The notes under the pieces were generated by a model. That model did not search any database. It was not told the DNA's origin and saw only the letters and a program-made list of their open reading frames with translations. Both the position numbers and the translations under genes were made by a program. Shown piece after piece: positions 46,482 to 64,000 of a DNA stretch of 64,000 nucleotides (position 1 is the first letter of the stretch; each line of letters begins with the position of its first letter). This DNA is from the human T2T-CHM13v2.0 reference genome, Homo sapiens: assembly GCF_009914755.1 (NCBI RefSeq), contig NC_060935.1; one strand, given 5' to 3'.

Positions 46482-47269
46482 CTGACATTATGTTCTGTTG
46501 AATTTTTGGCTGCGCTAATTTGTGCTTCAAAATACAAATGAAAAATTAAGTTTTACTTCTCAGAAGAGGTCATATGCTATTTAAAGAATTTTTTTAAACT
46601 TTCTGTTTCTTGATTTATTTTTTTCCAAGTATTTTCAAAAACCACAAAGCAAAAGAGATAAAGCTTAAATTCTATTACATTTGTTTTTTAACATGGGAAA
46701 AATTAAAAGCATTTACTTCAAAGTGATTTTTTGAACTTTGGTTTCCTGGTTTTTGAGGATTAGATCAGGATGGCTGTTAATTTTTCTTAATAATGAACTG
46801 TCTATGTTAAAGATAAATTGGGATTAGAAGGAACAAATTAAGCCAACTAATGAAAAGAGTTTTCACTTTGTCAGACAGGGGTCAAAACTACCTTACAGTG
46901 TTAAAATCGTAACACAAAGTAACTTCCTACTATACACACTATTAATTCCAAGAAACAGAGAAATTAACAGTAAAAAGCAAGGACTAATTACCTTACTGGG
47001 TGACTGCATCTCATAAATAACTTTTCATCCGTAATTAGCTTCATTAGGGAAAAAGTAAGAGATATTTTGGCCAGAAATACATTACCCTAGAAACAGCACC
47101 TATATCCTTAGTGTTGAGGATTTGATTCCTCCTCTGAGTTAAAAACCAATTCAAAATGATCCACAATGTGCTATATTTGTGAATGGTACGGTGTTGAAAA
47201 ATAAAAGTTTTCTTCCTGGCAGCGTAGAACCTAAGTTAAACCTCAAAGTTATCATCATTGCAGTAACTT

Positions 47270-47740
47270 CCATTGTTTCAGTTGTCTGTTGCCACATAGC
47301 CTTTTACTCCAAACTTAGTAGCTCAGGACAACAACTTATTATTTTTAATGATCCTGCAATTTAGATTAGGCCCTGCTATGTGATTTTTCTGGTCCATATG
47401 GTATCTGCTGGGGCTGGTGTGTAAGAGGGCCTCTTCAATCACATCTGTTTCCTCATATGGAATTATTGGGATAGCTGGTGTCTTCAGCCTTCTTCTCCTC
47501 TATGTGCCTCTACCTGGCTAGCTTGCTTATAGCAGTATGATAGGACATCTTACATGTCAACTGGCTTCCAGGAAGACAAGCCCCTATACACAAGTGCTTA
47601 TCCAGCTTCTGCTTGCATTTTACTTGCATATCCAATCTCCTCTTGGTGAAGGCAAGTCAGAGTCAAGGTTGGAGGCAACTACACTAGGGTATGTATACTT
47701 GGAGGAGTAGTTCACTGTGGACACCAGTTTAACTGCTACC
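47270..47740. mobile_element. MLT1-type MaLR LTR
   Basis: CAGTTGTCTGTTGC..CCAAACTTAGTAGCT..ACAAC..GGCAAGTCA motifs. Confidence 0.55.
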
Positions 47741-48240
47741 AATGTAACAATCCTCCACTTCTAGCAAAATGCCATTCTGCTGGGAACATTGTAATCTTCA
47801 TCAGAATGGGTAAAGCAACTGAATAGCACTCAGCATGTCTCCAACTTGGTATATAACCTTACTACCATTTAGAATGATTTCTCCCAGTAAAATCATAGTA
47901 ATCTTTTCTTATATCAGAGCTCGCCTCTGTGAAACCTTTGTTGACTTCTCAGTCCTTCACTCTACAATGTTCCTTTAGCTGTTTGTGATTCCTTTCATTA
48001 CTGCATCTATTACATTATTCCTATCTATCTATCTATCTATCTATCTACTTTCTTTACAAGACTAAAAAATTCTTACGGCCAAGAATTGAATGTACTTACT
48101 TCTGATTCTTTCAATCCTTAGGTACAAAGTTTGGCATGCGTTCATCCATAAAAGAAATATGTATGGAGGACCTAATATTTTAGACAACGTGATAGGGAGA
48201 CAGACCATTAGACTATCAAGATGCATTATTCCTTTAATAA

Positions 48241-48615
<375 letters not shown>

Positions 48616-50430
48616 TAGATTTTTACTTGCGCTGTCCTTGAAGGGTTTTAGTGTCAGAAATTATGCAAATCTCACAAGTAACAAGAAGATAAGTTCAGTC
48701 CCCATCATCATAGTGTAGATAGTATCAAGTCTGTTCCAGTATGAAATAGCAGCCCAATAAACACTTGTCAGAAGAGTGGATGAAAAATTAATGATAATAA
48801 ATATATCAAGAATGGCCCACAAATAAATGTGTTGAATATAAGATTTAGAGGTATGTGGTTCTCCTTATATAATTAATTGTAAAAACCAGAGTTTAAAACT
48901 TTAATTTTCTTGACAATGTTTTAAAGTATTATTTGTCTTCACTGGCATTTCTCACAGGACAATTTGGAGTACTTTACATCTTCAGTTTGGCTTCGCATAG
49001 AAGAGTCACTTTAGTTGGCCACATAGATTCCTTTATTATTGTCACTTGACATTAATCAGGAAAACATGAACTTTCAGAGAAAGTCTTACTTTGGGAGGAT
49101 GAAGTCTATTACTAAATCCTGTTTTAGGATATCCAAACTATCCAAACACTTTTCTTGTGTACATGTAGCTTTTATAAAAAGCAGTTTATAAGGCATTTAG
49201 ATAATTACATACTCTCTAGCTTGTAATTAAACCAAAACTCTCTGCCCCTCATTGTTAAGTTTTTGGACTTTGAAGGCATTTAGCCTTATGCCACTAGGCT
49301 TAGTCGAGATATAGTTTTCTTTTCTTTTATTACATTGTTGAGTAAGGAATTCTGTGGTAAATTTATAAATGAAAGTGGGTTATAGTGTCCTTGCATTGGC
49401 CTTGTTACACTATGCTGTATTAAGTCAATATTACGTTAATCTCACCAAGCAAGTTGAATTACTTTAATTATTTTATATTTTCTGAAACATACAAAAGGCA
49501 AATTTGTTATTTAATAAGAGTTTCATAGAATCAACCCATATGACTATTCAGGCATTATGTCATTCTGAGGTAGATATTTACATTTTCTTTTTTTTTTTTA
49601 GTTAATGCACTGGTAATTAGTTTTTTGAAGAGTACCTACCTATTTTTGAGCCATTTTTTGAAAAGTCCTATTTATGTAGGTAATTGTTTATTATATATAA
49701 ATGTTTTAACTTGTCAACTGAAAATTATTGATAGGATGTTTAGTAATGTTAATCTCTTCAGTACAGTGTTTGTACATCTTTTATTTGGGGTGGTGGAGTC
49801 TTCTCTCTTTTCTCATAACTAGACTTCATAAATGTTAGTCAATATTACATGTTCAAGAATCATTCTATTTTATTGAAGATTTGAAAACATTTTATTGTTT
49901 ATTTTTGTTCTTTCATTTTATTTTGTTTATTTTATTGTTTTTGTAGCTTCTTTGAAGGAAAAACTAAAATATTTTCTTCTATATAAGGCAATATTTATAC
50001 ATTAAAAATAAATAAAATAGTGAGAATCATGATCAATATAACAAATAGAGAAGAAAAGATGAAACAAATCATTAAACAAATTTTTAAAAGTGTGTTTGTA
50101 TTTATCTCCAGACCTACCTATCTATCCATCTATCTTTCAATTATCTGTAAGAATAATTGCCATTTGAAAACTGGGACACAGATTAAACTTCAAAAAATAA
50201 AATCCAGCTAGATGATAATGAAAAGAAACACAACTGAATTTAAAAAGCTGAAAAATGACTGACACTTGAGGAGTAAAAGCACATATATCAAGAAAATAGT
50301 AACAGTAAAATCAAATGTCATCAGGTTAATATTAGGGAAACTAGAGGCAAAGAGGAATACTGCATACTAGTAAATGAACTAACATGTCAGTATAATAATC
50401 ATGATCTCTATGCATCTTTAAGAAGCTTTA

Positions 50431-50838
<408 letters not shown>

Positions 50839-50876
50839 TCATATCTGACATCCTTCTTTAAAAATATGTACAAACC

Positions 50877-51141
<265 letters not shown>

Positions 51142-52405
51142 TTATATATATATAAAATATATATAATATATAAATATATAAAAAATATACGTTTTATATA
51201 TATGTAATATATGTCTGTCTCTATATATGTACAAACACACACACACACACACAAACCATATGCCCAACAGGAACACAAATATTATTTTCAGGCACTTGAT
51301 ACATTGACAAAACTTATCCACACAATTTAGCCACAAATGACATCACAACTTTTTGCCTCAAAGCAGAAATCAGGCAGGACACATTTGTGGACAATGCTGA
51401 AATAAAATTAGAAATGAAGAACCAAAACTAATCTACACAATAAAAAGTACCTAAAAATCTACATCCTCTTTTCTAAATAAGTTTTGTGTTAATGAACTAA
51501 ATTTGTAAACTAGAGAGAAACAACAGTGAAAGCATGACATGTCAAAACCCGTGGGGACAAGTTCTTACTGACTGTTCTTACTGAGGCACACTTGCCAGTC
51601 ACCTTCTGGGTGGCCCACAGACCCTTCCTACTTTTGGCAACTACCACCTTTGGACTTGGAGTTCCCCAGGACCTATGCCTTCCTCCTTCCATGTGATTGG
51701 GCTAGTGCATATGTTGGTGTATGTTTTCCTTGAATGAGATCCTATCTATTTTCCATCTTTATTGAATTCTTCAATTACGTTAAAATATATGTTAGATGAG
51801 ACGTATCTATTTTCTATCACTCATTTGAGTACTAAGGCTGCAGTACAGGCAGTCCTTATTTTTTTCTTTTAAGCATTATAAAACCATAAGATGTTAGAGT
51901 CGACAGGGTTTTTAGAAATCATCTTGTCTAAATCCCTTATTCTATAGATGACCAAACTGACTGCAAAAAAATAGTGAAGAGACCTGCCTGAGATTACCTG
52001 CCAGTCAGGTGCAAGGCTGAGATGAGAGCTCAGCTCTCCTAACTGATTTCTCTTTTCTCTTTACCTCTTTACCATTTTTTCTCTTTGCCATTCCACTTCC
52101 GTCTGTACACAAAATATTCATTCTTCAGAGAACTCTGTGGACAGTTTAGGCCCTTATATTGAGTGTAGCCAGTTTGAGTGAATGATTGATCCATTATGTA
52201 TGGTTACTACTAAATGATGATAGCAGAGAGAATCCTGAAAATCTTTATGTATTAATAACATGATTTTGTAGATGTGGGGAAAGTCTAAAGATTATCTTAC
52301 GAAGTCCTTTCATCAAGTGTGAACAGTAGATATTATCATTCACATTTTACAGACACAGATGCTAGAAATCAGCAAAACTAAGTGCCTCATAGAACTAAAA
52401 AACTT

Positions 52406-52716
<311 letters not shown>

Positions 52717-52734
52717 TTAAAAAAACAAACTTGA

Positions 52735-52929
<195 letters not shown>

Positions 52930-53625
52930 TAAGTCAACTTTTTGTACATTATCTTCGCAGAGTGAAAAACACAGTCAATAGTTTAATTGACGATTACTGT
53001 TCTTACTCAAATGATTTCTGACAGCCACCAGCAGCTAAAGTTGGCACAAAAAAATAAAACCTATTTGCTGCATTTGAGCTGAATTATGTCTGTTTCATCA
53101 TCAGTAACAATTTTGTTAAAGAAGCAAAGAATTTTTGTGTGACCTTGGGTTATAATTCCTTAATGTGGAAACCTCTTCTACCTATCATCTTAACATTTTT
53201 CCACCTTTAGTGCAAAATATGAAAAAAGCAGCATATTAAACTAATGATTCTGCTTTGCCATATGCTTAACACTCCATCCAATGCCATGGAAACATACTAA
53301 AGATAGAAACATTTTGGATCAAACAATGCAGCACATTATTGTAATAGTCATTAACTAGGTCAACAAAACGTTAAGACTCTCTATGTGAGGGTCGGAAATG
53401 TCATCCAGTTGGTTTGTCTGTACTTTCTTGACCCACTAGTTCACGCATCACTTTTTCCTTTGTAAGTCAGATACTTTGATGTTTAAGATAGCAGAAGTCA
53501 ACTGGGGACAGATTGCACCAGTGAGCGTTTATGTCTACCCACACATGCACTCGTTGTGATGCCTAAGTAGATGTTCTTCAGTGAACCCCACTTAAATGCT
53601 AATGAACTAAAATGTCTTCTTACAG

Positions 53626-53683
53626 ATTTGTAGGCCACCCAGGAAAATACAATAAACTTTTTGACCGGTGGAGACTGGAGGAA
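53626..53683 (+). CDS. ANO3: Anoctamin-3 coding exon (~exon 20)
   Basis: cttcttacag|(R)[19 protein letters not shown]|gtaagt; 58 nt. Confidence 0.96.
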
Positions 53684-54532
53684 GTAAGTAACTTTGGGAG
53701 TGTGGGTGCAGGAATGGGCATGGATATGGGCCAGTTACTGCGGGAGGAAGGGAGCTGAAGAAAGGAGAAGTTCAGGGAAGTTTATGGATATTGAAGACGA
53801 CACATTGTTCAGAAAGGAAGCAACTACATCTTTTCAAAAAAGGGGGTGAACTGAAAAGTTAAACCCCAAGATTCTCACCTCAGCTCTATTTTTTTAATCA
53901 CATCAATTTCTTTTATTTACAGACCCCAGGAATTTAGCTCCAGTAATTTTCCTTTTTTTTTAAATTATTATTATTCATTAGGTAAATTTTCAAACTTTTA
54001 AATATGTTAGGTTTCCTTTTAGTCCAAAAGACATCATACTGGAAACACCAACATGTAATTATATAAAAGTACCTGCCTAAGACTCATATTTCTTTATTGA
54101 TTTACGATATGTATGTTATATGGAAAAACTGCCCAGGAGTAGTATTGTTGGGTTACAGGATAAGCATATTGTATATTTTCACTGAGACTGAGAAATGGGC
54201 CTCCAAATGCCACCCCTACCTAGACTATATGAGCCTGCTTCTTCAGTATTTAGCCAATGGTAGAATTTTCACTTTTACCAATCTAATAGCCAGTGATTTT
54301 AGTTTCTATAATTATGAATGAGATGGATAATATTTTTCATATTTTTCTTGAACATTTTATATTTCTGTTCATAGCCTTGAAGAACAGGGCATAGCAATAA
54401 AACATAACAAATATTTTATCTTTGGAGACTGGCAGTCTATATTCTAATTCTTCCCACCCAGATGCATGATTTAATATCTATAAATCTCAGTTTCCTCTTT
54501 TGTAAATTGGTGATAAGAATAGCTATCTTGCC

Positions 54533-54872
<340 letters not shown>

Positions 54873-56659
54873 TTAGATTGTGTATGTAAAATAATAGTTA
54901 CAATTAATGATAGCCATAATTACAAAATTTAAAAAGTGCTATGGTTTGTTTTAGGATATTTGTGAACTGGCTAAGCTAGACTTGTGAATCTTTTACTACA
55001 ACTATATAATATCTCACATTAATATTTTTTATGAAATCAATATGAAAAAGTTTTTAATAATAGCTAAGATTTATTGAGGGCTTACTACATGCTAGTGTAC
55101 TCCAGCAATTGTTTCTAAGTGCTCTCTGTATATTAATGCATTTAATCCTCACAGTTCTATTATTATATCCATTTTACAGATCAGGAAACAAAGTCACAGA
55201 TGTGCAGTGCCTGCAATTGCAAATGTAATTTCCCTACAATTGTGCAAACATAAACACTGATGAAGTTATGACTTAAATCTTTTCAGTGTAGCTTCAGAGT
55301 CTGTGCTCTGAACACTGTGCTTTCCAGCCACGAGTAGGATGGCGTGTAGGTATAATCAAAGACATAATGAAAATTTATTTTGCTGAGAAATTGCTGTCTG
55401 ATTGCTGGCTCACACTTCTATGCTGGATTTAGAGTAAGCATACTAAAGTAAGTGAAGGAACCTGGGTATTGGAGTCTGACAGTTCTTTCTGTCACTTAGC
55501 TTTATCATCTGCAGAGTGAAGATACCAACAACTACCCTGCCAGGTTCTCACAAGGAGTAAGAGAAAAATACACTATAGCATCTAGTTTGGCTTGTCCAGG
55601 GTGATATGATTTGAGTGGTGCAATTGGAATGAATGCCTGTGTCTTCTGCACACTCACTCATGCCCTTTTACACATTCCAAGTATGGGCTTTTTCTACCAA
55701 ATGAAATTTAGAGTTTTGATAGACTGGCTTTAGTGCAAGGCCACCATTATGTGAATGGACAAACCCACAAAAACTATTGGACCCCCTTCTCTTCCTTATA
55801 AATCATAAAGTCATCAAGGCTTAATTTCAACAAAATTATAAATGGCCTGTCTTCCAGCCACCCCACTTTGGCCTATCCTTTGTGGGTAGCGGACCAATCA
55901 CATGATCCTATGATCATCTTCTTTTTCCCATCCCACAAAATAATGTTTGTGTTAAACCCACACTTCAAGGCAGCAAACACATTGGTAAATGGAATTCATC
56001 CTTAGTATAATATAAAAGAGCAATGGATTGGGGAAATGGGGACAAGGCTTTCATTTCCACAGCACCAGTCAACACTGCATGGCCTTGGGCAAGTCAGCTT
56101 GCCTCTGAGTCTCTACAAAAATGAAGAGCTTCAGCTTGCAGCTGTGATCTGTGATTTGCCCCCGTAGCTTAATAATTACTCTGCCTCAGTCATTCCAGTG
56201 AACCCATTTATCAGATATATTTGGGAGAGTTCAGGAAATGCTAAATTCATCCTAGAAAAAGAGGTTTGCTTGGATGCGAGAATTTAGACCTCTTCATGCA
56301 GTAAGCATGACCATTTGCAAATCCTCTCTCAGGCTCAGATTAAGGAGTCTTAAATTACTGGGCTGGAACAGGAAAAGCAGGCTCTTTGTGTCTTAATTAT
56401 TTGTTCTCTTTGAAGTTCCACTAGTACCAATTTGATAGAAATAGAAACTGTGGATCAAAGCCATAGAGAAGACTGCCTTCCTTATGAGCAGGACATGTAC
56501 CCATTTCTAAAGAAACAGACCCACGCCTTCCCACCCAAATATCTTGAATACTGCAAAGTTTTCAAGTAAAACACATTGGTTGTGATTTTTGTTAAAATCA
56601 CGTTTTTGTTTGTATGGGTCTCTAATACTAACTTTTTGAAAATCTAAAAAAGCAGAAAA

Positions 56660-57390
56660 GCACAGACGAAAGAATAGGATCATATTGATGAATTATTTTT
56701 GTGGTGTTGCATTTATCACTTAAAAATACATTATAATATAGGTAGATACTTCCTTTCCAGGAGGTAGAGTTCAACACCTCCCCACCATCTTGAGAATGGG
56801 CTAGACTTAGTGGCTCCCTTCTAAAAAATAGAACAGAAAAAGGGAAAAATGAGCAGCTTTCCAGTGGAAAAAAAAATTGGAAAACACTAACCAATTAACA
56901 TCACCAGTGATGTCATGTGCTTCTCATATATCCCTGATACGATGTGAGGAAAATAGCACTTCACCTTTGTGATTGGTCTCTCCAAAACACATAACCCTGG
57001 TCTAAACATAAGAAAAACCATTAGACAAACTTAGATTGTGGGACATTCCACAGGGTACACATCCAGCAATCTTCAAACATTTAAAGTTATGAAAAACTGA
57101 GAAGCTGTTCAGACCAGAGGAGACTGGGGAGATAGGAAGAATAAATACCATCGGGTATGTGGGGTTGGATCCTGGAGCAGAGAGAGGAAAACTGGTGAAA
57201 TCCAAAGAGAGCTTTGCGTTTAGCTAATTGTAATCTACTAATATCATTTTCTTAGCTTTGTCAAATATACCATGGTAATGTATGGAGCGACAGCTAGAAC
57301 TGTGTAAGGAGTGTATGGGAACTCTGTACTATCTTTGCAAGTTGTCTGTACATCTAAACTTATTCTGAAATAAAAAGGTTATTAAAAACA
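56660..57390 (+). mobile_element. L1MC-type 3' UTR
   Basis: AAACTGGTGAAATCC..GGGAACTCTGTACTATCTTTGCAA..AAATAAAAAG. Confidence 0.7.
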
Positions 57391-57709
57391 ATATATTATA
57401 AACATTATGCCATAGAATTAACTATTTTCTATTACCTGATTGTTAATGGATATATAATATTCCATAGCATTCATTAAATGTGATCATGCCTAACACAGAG
57501 CTTGGCAGATAGTAAGTACTCACTAAAAGTTAGATTTTTTGTTATTGCTATTATAATTTTGATTGATATTTCGTTATAATTACTGAAGAATTCCCTCATC
57601 AAGTGCCCTCATACATGCTGTTTCTTTCTTGTTTTTATTTTCTTTATGCATGAGATGGTGTGACCCAGCTTTAAAATTTGCTGTACAATTTAATGGTGGG
57701 CATGTCTGA

Positions 57710-57859
<150 letters not shown>

Positions 57860-60505
57860 TGAGCACATTATTTTCAAACTTGCCTTATGTCTAGTTACAA
57901 AGAGGAAAGCTAGAGGTGGCGTGAGTAGTGCTTAAGAATTTGGTCTTGGTAATCAGACAAATGATGGCTCAATTCCTGTTCTGCTCCTTACTAAATGTCT
58001 GCCCATGTGTAAATTAAACCTTTCAGAGCCTGTTTTCACTAAGAATGTATCAACAATATATCTACCTCAAGAACAGCTGTAAGGGTTAAACAGAATAATG
58101 AATGTAGAGTAACTTGTTTAATGCATTAAGACACTTGTTACTAGTTTGAAAACATGATTGACATTACGGGTTGTATATATAAAAATAATTTTCCGGGGTG
58201 TTTCTTTTGCTACCAGCAGACCAAGTTTGTTGTTTAATAAAGACAGCCTTCATTCCTCCCAAAAGAATAAAGCAAAGATCAAATCCTGGATGAGAAGCTT
58301 TGTTCTCTTTGTTACAACTAAGAAAAAAATGTTAGAACAGGGATGATTGTACTAACATCAAAACAATAGCGTTGTATTTTCATTATTTTAGATGTTTTAG
58401 CTGCCTGTGAAATGCTTACAGAGGTGTTGAATGCTCACTTTCTCATATATTAAAATACACTTTCCTTTAAAATATGGCAAAATACTGGGTATTTAAAACA
58501 ATGTAATATTGAAGCTTTGAGTCTAATCAACTAAAAACATGTCTATTTGAATAATTTCCTGACTATTGGGGAAGAACTGGTTAGTTGGTTGATGAAGTAA
58601 GTAGCTTGGTGTTATATATCAAATTATATTCTTTTTTTTTTCTTGTGGTGGTACATATTTTATCAGAACATATTTGAACAAAGATCTGGGGGTTGTAGAA
58701 GTGATATTAACCCTGCAATCTGCTATAAAGTGTTGTGTTAATTTACAGGCAGCCTTAGAGCATAGGCTGTGGAATTACCCAGACCTGGTTTAAATTCCTT
58801 CTCTCTTCCTTGCTAAATTTGCTTAATATTTCCTGACATCTCTTAGGCTTTTTTAGTCCATTTATAAAATAGGATATTTATGAAGATTAACTGAGATGAC
58901 CCAGTGCTTTTTAAACCTTCATCATAAACGACAGAACCTTTTTGTGAAGAGAGTTTTATACAGACTTAATATTCAAAACAAATTTAAGCAAATCTCTCCT
59001 AAACAAAGAGAGAGTAGAAGATGGAGGACTGGGGAGCCCAGTTCATTTGTGGTGTTCCTTCCTATTCTTGGGTCACTTCTTTAAAACTGGTTTTAGGAAA
59101 CATTGTTTGAAAGAAACAGGAAATTAGATGTCAAGTGCCTAGCACAGAATGTAACATGCTGTGAGTACTCCATAAGTATCAACAAGATGATGTAGGGGTC
59201 ATTGCAGTATAAAAAAGTTGTTTCTTTTTATTATCACTACTCATGGACTGCTACACTTGGTGCACTTTAGACAGGACATTTTCATTATGGTCTTGCGCTA
59301 GGGGTCAGTCTGGATCACATATATCAAATCCTAAGGGCACCATGGCACATCCTACCCTTCCCGATATCTAGGCAAAGGCTTTGTTAAAGAAAATTGAGCG
59401 GGAGTAGACCAGCCATTAAAGCAAAACTCTTGTAAACCACAATTGTCTTTCTTCAAGCAAAACTTTAAACAGAACCTAAATACATATAATAGAAATAAGC
59501 AGATCGCCTCAACTCTCACCTCCAGCCCCTTTTTCACCTTCATGAGGCTCTGGAGGCAACCTCCACTGCCTGACGTTTGTTCTCTGGTTGCTCCTCCAAC
59601 TGCCACTTAGGTTCCATGATTAAAATTGAGGGTTGGGTACTGTTCACTGAGTCCTGTAAAATTCACCTTGTCCTGGAGGTAATTTTCACTGACCTCTTAA
59701 ATAATTCATTACCCAGAAGGCCACAATATGTGCATACCAGGATATTTCTGAGTCACATAATTCCAAGATTGTACTTGGGCTAAGAAAACAGTATTGTTAC
59801 TTCCTTTCCAGGTGTGAGAAACAGACTCGGACACAGACTTATTGCCTAGTAATTATTGTTCACTACAATAGCAGAATGTAATAATCACTAACACTTAGAC
59901 TCCTCATGTTTCTAAACTCAGAGAGGTGAAGTGACTTGCTAAAAATCACACGGCTAATGCATTGCAGGATGGGAACTAGAACTTAGATCTTTTGAAATCC
60001 TACCCAAGGGTCAATTAGTTTATGTGAAACATGATTTTTTTCCTGTTCAGAGAGTATAGCTCTGAAGATTTTAGGTTATGAGCAATGAAAGGGTCAGACC
60101 TAATCACAGCAGGCAACAAAGAAGTTTAAGTATTTCTATAGGTGGGGAGAGGGGAAGGAATCATAGAAATGAATATTTGTTTAATCAATGTCAAGGACCA
60201 TTTTAGTGTATAGAGCTTGAATTCCTAGATAATTATGTAGATATTTATAGGACCTAGGAGAGTTCTGGAAGGCTGGGGCCTACTCTCCTATGCTAAAGTT
60301 TTTCAAAAGATTTTAAAAAAAATTTTTAAGATATTTAAGCTTTCAAAATGTCTTTTTAACTTTTTAAAAAATCTTTTATAAAAGGTAAAACCAAATACCT
60401 CCAATTCCGAGGAGCTGGAATTGGTTTTACTCATTTCTTAATTCACTATACATTGTTAACCGGATGCTTGAATCAGAGCTCAAAAGTCCTTGGTCTGCTC
60501 TGTGA

Positions 60506-60832
<327 letters not shown>

Positions 60833-60904
60833 TGAGAGTCATGCATTGACCAAAATGAAAGTTTTTCTCACAGTGGAACACCTATTTTATGAGCAAATAT
60901 TTGA

Positions 60905-61265
<361 letters not shown>

Positions 61266-61381
61266 AGCTGAACCAGTTTCTATGTTAAGAAACCTACCAT
61301 TCTACTCACGCAAAGCAATAATTATTTTTCACAATAAAGCTTTGCACAGACTCCGTCTGAATCTTAACTTCTGAATCTTAA

Positions 61382-61530
61382 CTCCTCCTCCTTCTTCCTC
61401 CTCTTCTTTCTCTTTCTTCTTTTTCCTCCTCCTCCTCCATCTCTTTCTTATTCTTTCTTCTTCCTCCTCCTTCTCCTCCTCCTCTGTTTTGTCTCCCATC
61501 TTCCCTCTATTTCTTCTTTTTCTCTCTCCT
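61382..61530. repeat. (TCC/TTC)n low-complexity tract
   Basis: Pyrimidine-rich triplet-like repeat. Confidence 0.85.
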
Positions 61531-61781
61531 TCGTGCTGCATTATATAGAGGTGGAAAGCCCATAGACTTTCAATACATTCAGAACTTAATTTGAATAAAG
61601 GTTTCAACATTTTCTAGCTATCTACCCTTTAGCAAGTTTAATTAACATATATGAAATAAGGTTGTCCTAACTGTAAAATGAGATAAAGCTATCTACTTTG
61701 TAAGGATGTTGAAAGCATTAAAAGCAATTTATATAAAGCACCAAATTTGTCACAAAGGAAGTTTATATAGTAATTTCCTAA

Positions 61782-62702
<921 letters not shown>

Positions 62703-63429
62703 CATAAGTTGGTCCTACTTAGCACCATGTGGTTTTCTATTGTGAGGACACCCTTCCAACCGTAACAAAACTTAACATTTTTAGTTATGAAAATAATAAA
62801 AGGAACATTAATTTAGTTGAGATTAAGTTTACATCCAATATGCTATTTCATAAACTTGGTCATAACTAAAACGGATTTCATATATACCTTTCCATGTTAA
62901 TAGACACAGCTCTGCCTCATTCTGTATGATTCCTGCACAAATTTCTATGATATGTATATGACATTTTTTAAAAATAATACTTTAGCCAGAGATGTTTAGA
63001 TTGCTTCAGTACTTTGCTATTATAAACAATACTGAAGTGATCATATTCACATATAGTTTGCCAGATTATTTCCTCAGGATACATTTCTAGACTGGAGCAC
63101 CTGTTCAAAGAGTATGCACATCTAAATTTTTGATATGTAATTTGGCAGCATGTTCTCCAGAAATGTTGTGCCAATTTACACTGTCATCATAAGTACATTT
63201 CTCTATTTCTGCAACAACTCCAAATATAAAAAGGATTTTTGGATTGTTGTTCTATCCTTGAGAATCTGAAGAGGAAAAAATTTGTTGTTCTATTTACTAG
63301 CATTTTTCTAACCGTGAGATTAAGTATATTTGTATTCCTTCTTTGCTAATTGTGTTTATGTTCTTTGGTCATTTGGTGGCCATTGAATCTGATTTGGTAA
63401 TCTGGCCCTATATTTATTGGGAATACTAA

Positions 63430-63430
<1 letters not shown>

Positions 63431-63472
<42 letters not shown>
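63431..63472. repeat. (CA)n microsatellite
   Basis: About 21 CA units. Confidence 0.97.
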
Positions 63473-63475
<3 letters not shown>

Positions 63476-64000
63476 CATATATACATACTATAACTGTGTG
63501 TATAAATATATGTGTGTGTACATATATATATAAACAGAGATGCTGGTTTTCAATTTATTCACTTTATTTTGGATAAGGTTTTAAATTTTATATATAATCC
63601 AATTGACATATATCTCTCATAGTTATTATTTTTGACATTCTTAAAAAGGTACTTTAGAACTAATGATTTTTCACCTGTTTATTTATTGTTGTTTCATTAT
63701 TTAGATATGTCTGTTCTGTTTTGTGTATTTGCTTGTTGTTTGCTGTCATTTTATTATTTCATTTAAATTGTTGATGCATTTAATTGTTGTTCATTTAAAT
63801 TGTTGATTTATCTGGAATATGTTGTTGATAAAATTGAGGTCCAGGATCTTTTCCCCAATGCTTAATCAATTTTTCCAAAACCATTTATTAAATAATTCAA
63901 TTTTTGAACTTATTTTGTTTCTATTATTTTATACTACATTCTCTATAAATTTAATTATATTTATATAATCCACTTTTCCCATTGAGCTACTTATTACATA

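Overview
Primate, almost certainly human, genomic DNA from the ANO3 (TMEM16C) gene on the + strand. Nine internal coding exons (recalled numbering about 15-23) have canonical GT-AG sites and splice into one continuous frame. The introns are rich in Alu, L1, L2, MIR, MaLR and DNA-transposon relics. The main accessory element is an antisense HERV-W (LTR17/HERV17) at 9063-16311 with a hybrid architecture. Its 5' LTR starts at the cap site, its 3' LTR is complete but has a mutated poly(A) signal, and about 1 kb further on there is an AATAAA, a poly(A) tail and a candidate 17-bp target-site duplication (TSD) at an L1-endonuclease site. This suggests an L1-mobilised HERV-W read-through transcript carrying a 3' transduction. 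Other observations: a tRNA-Ile primer-binding site, several locally templated insertions, a palindromic higher-order tandem repeat inside an L1 5' UTR, and speculative antisense exon-like segments. Repeat subfamily calls and boundaries were made by eye and are approximate.
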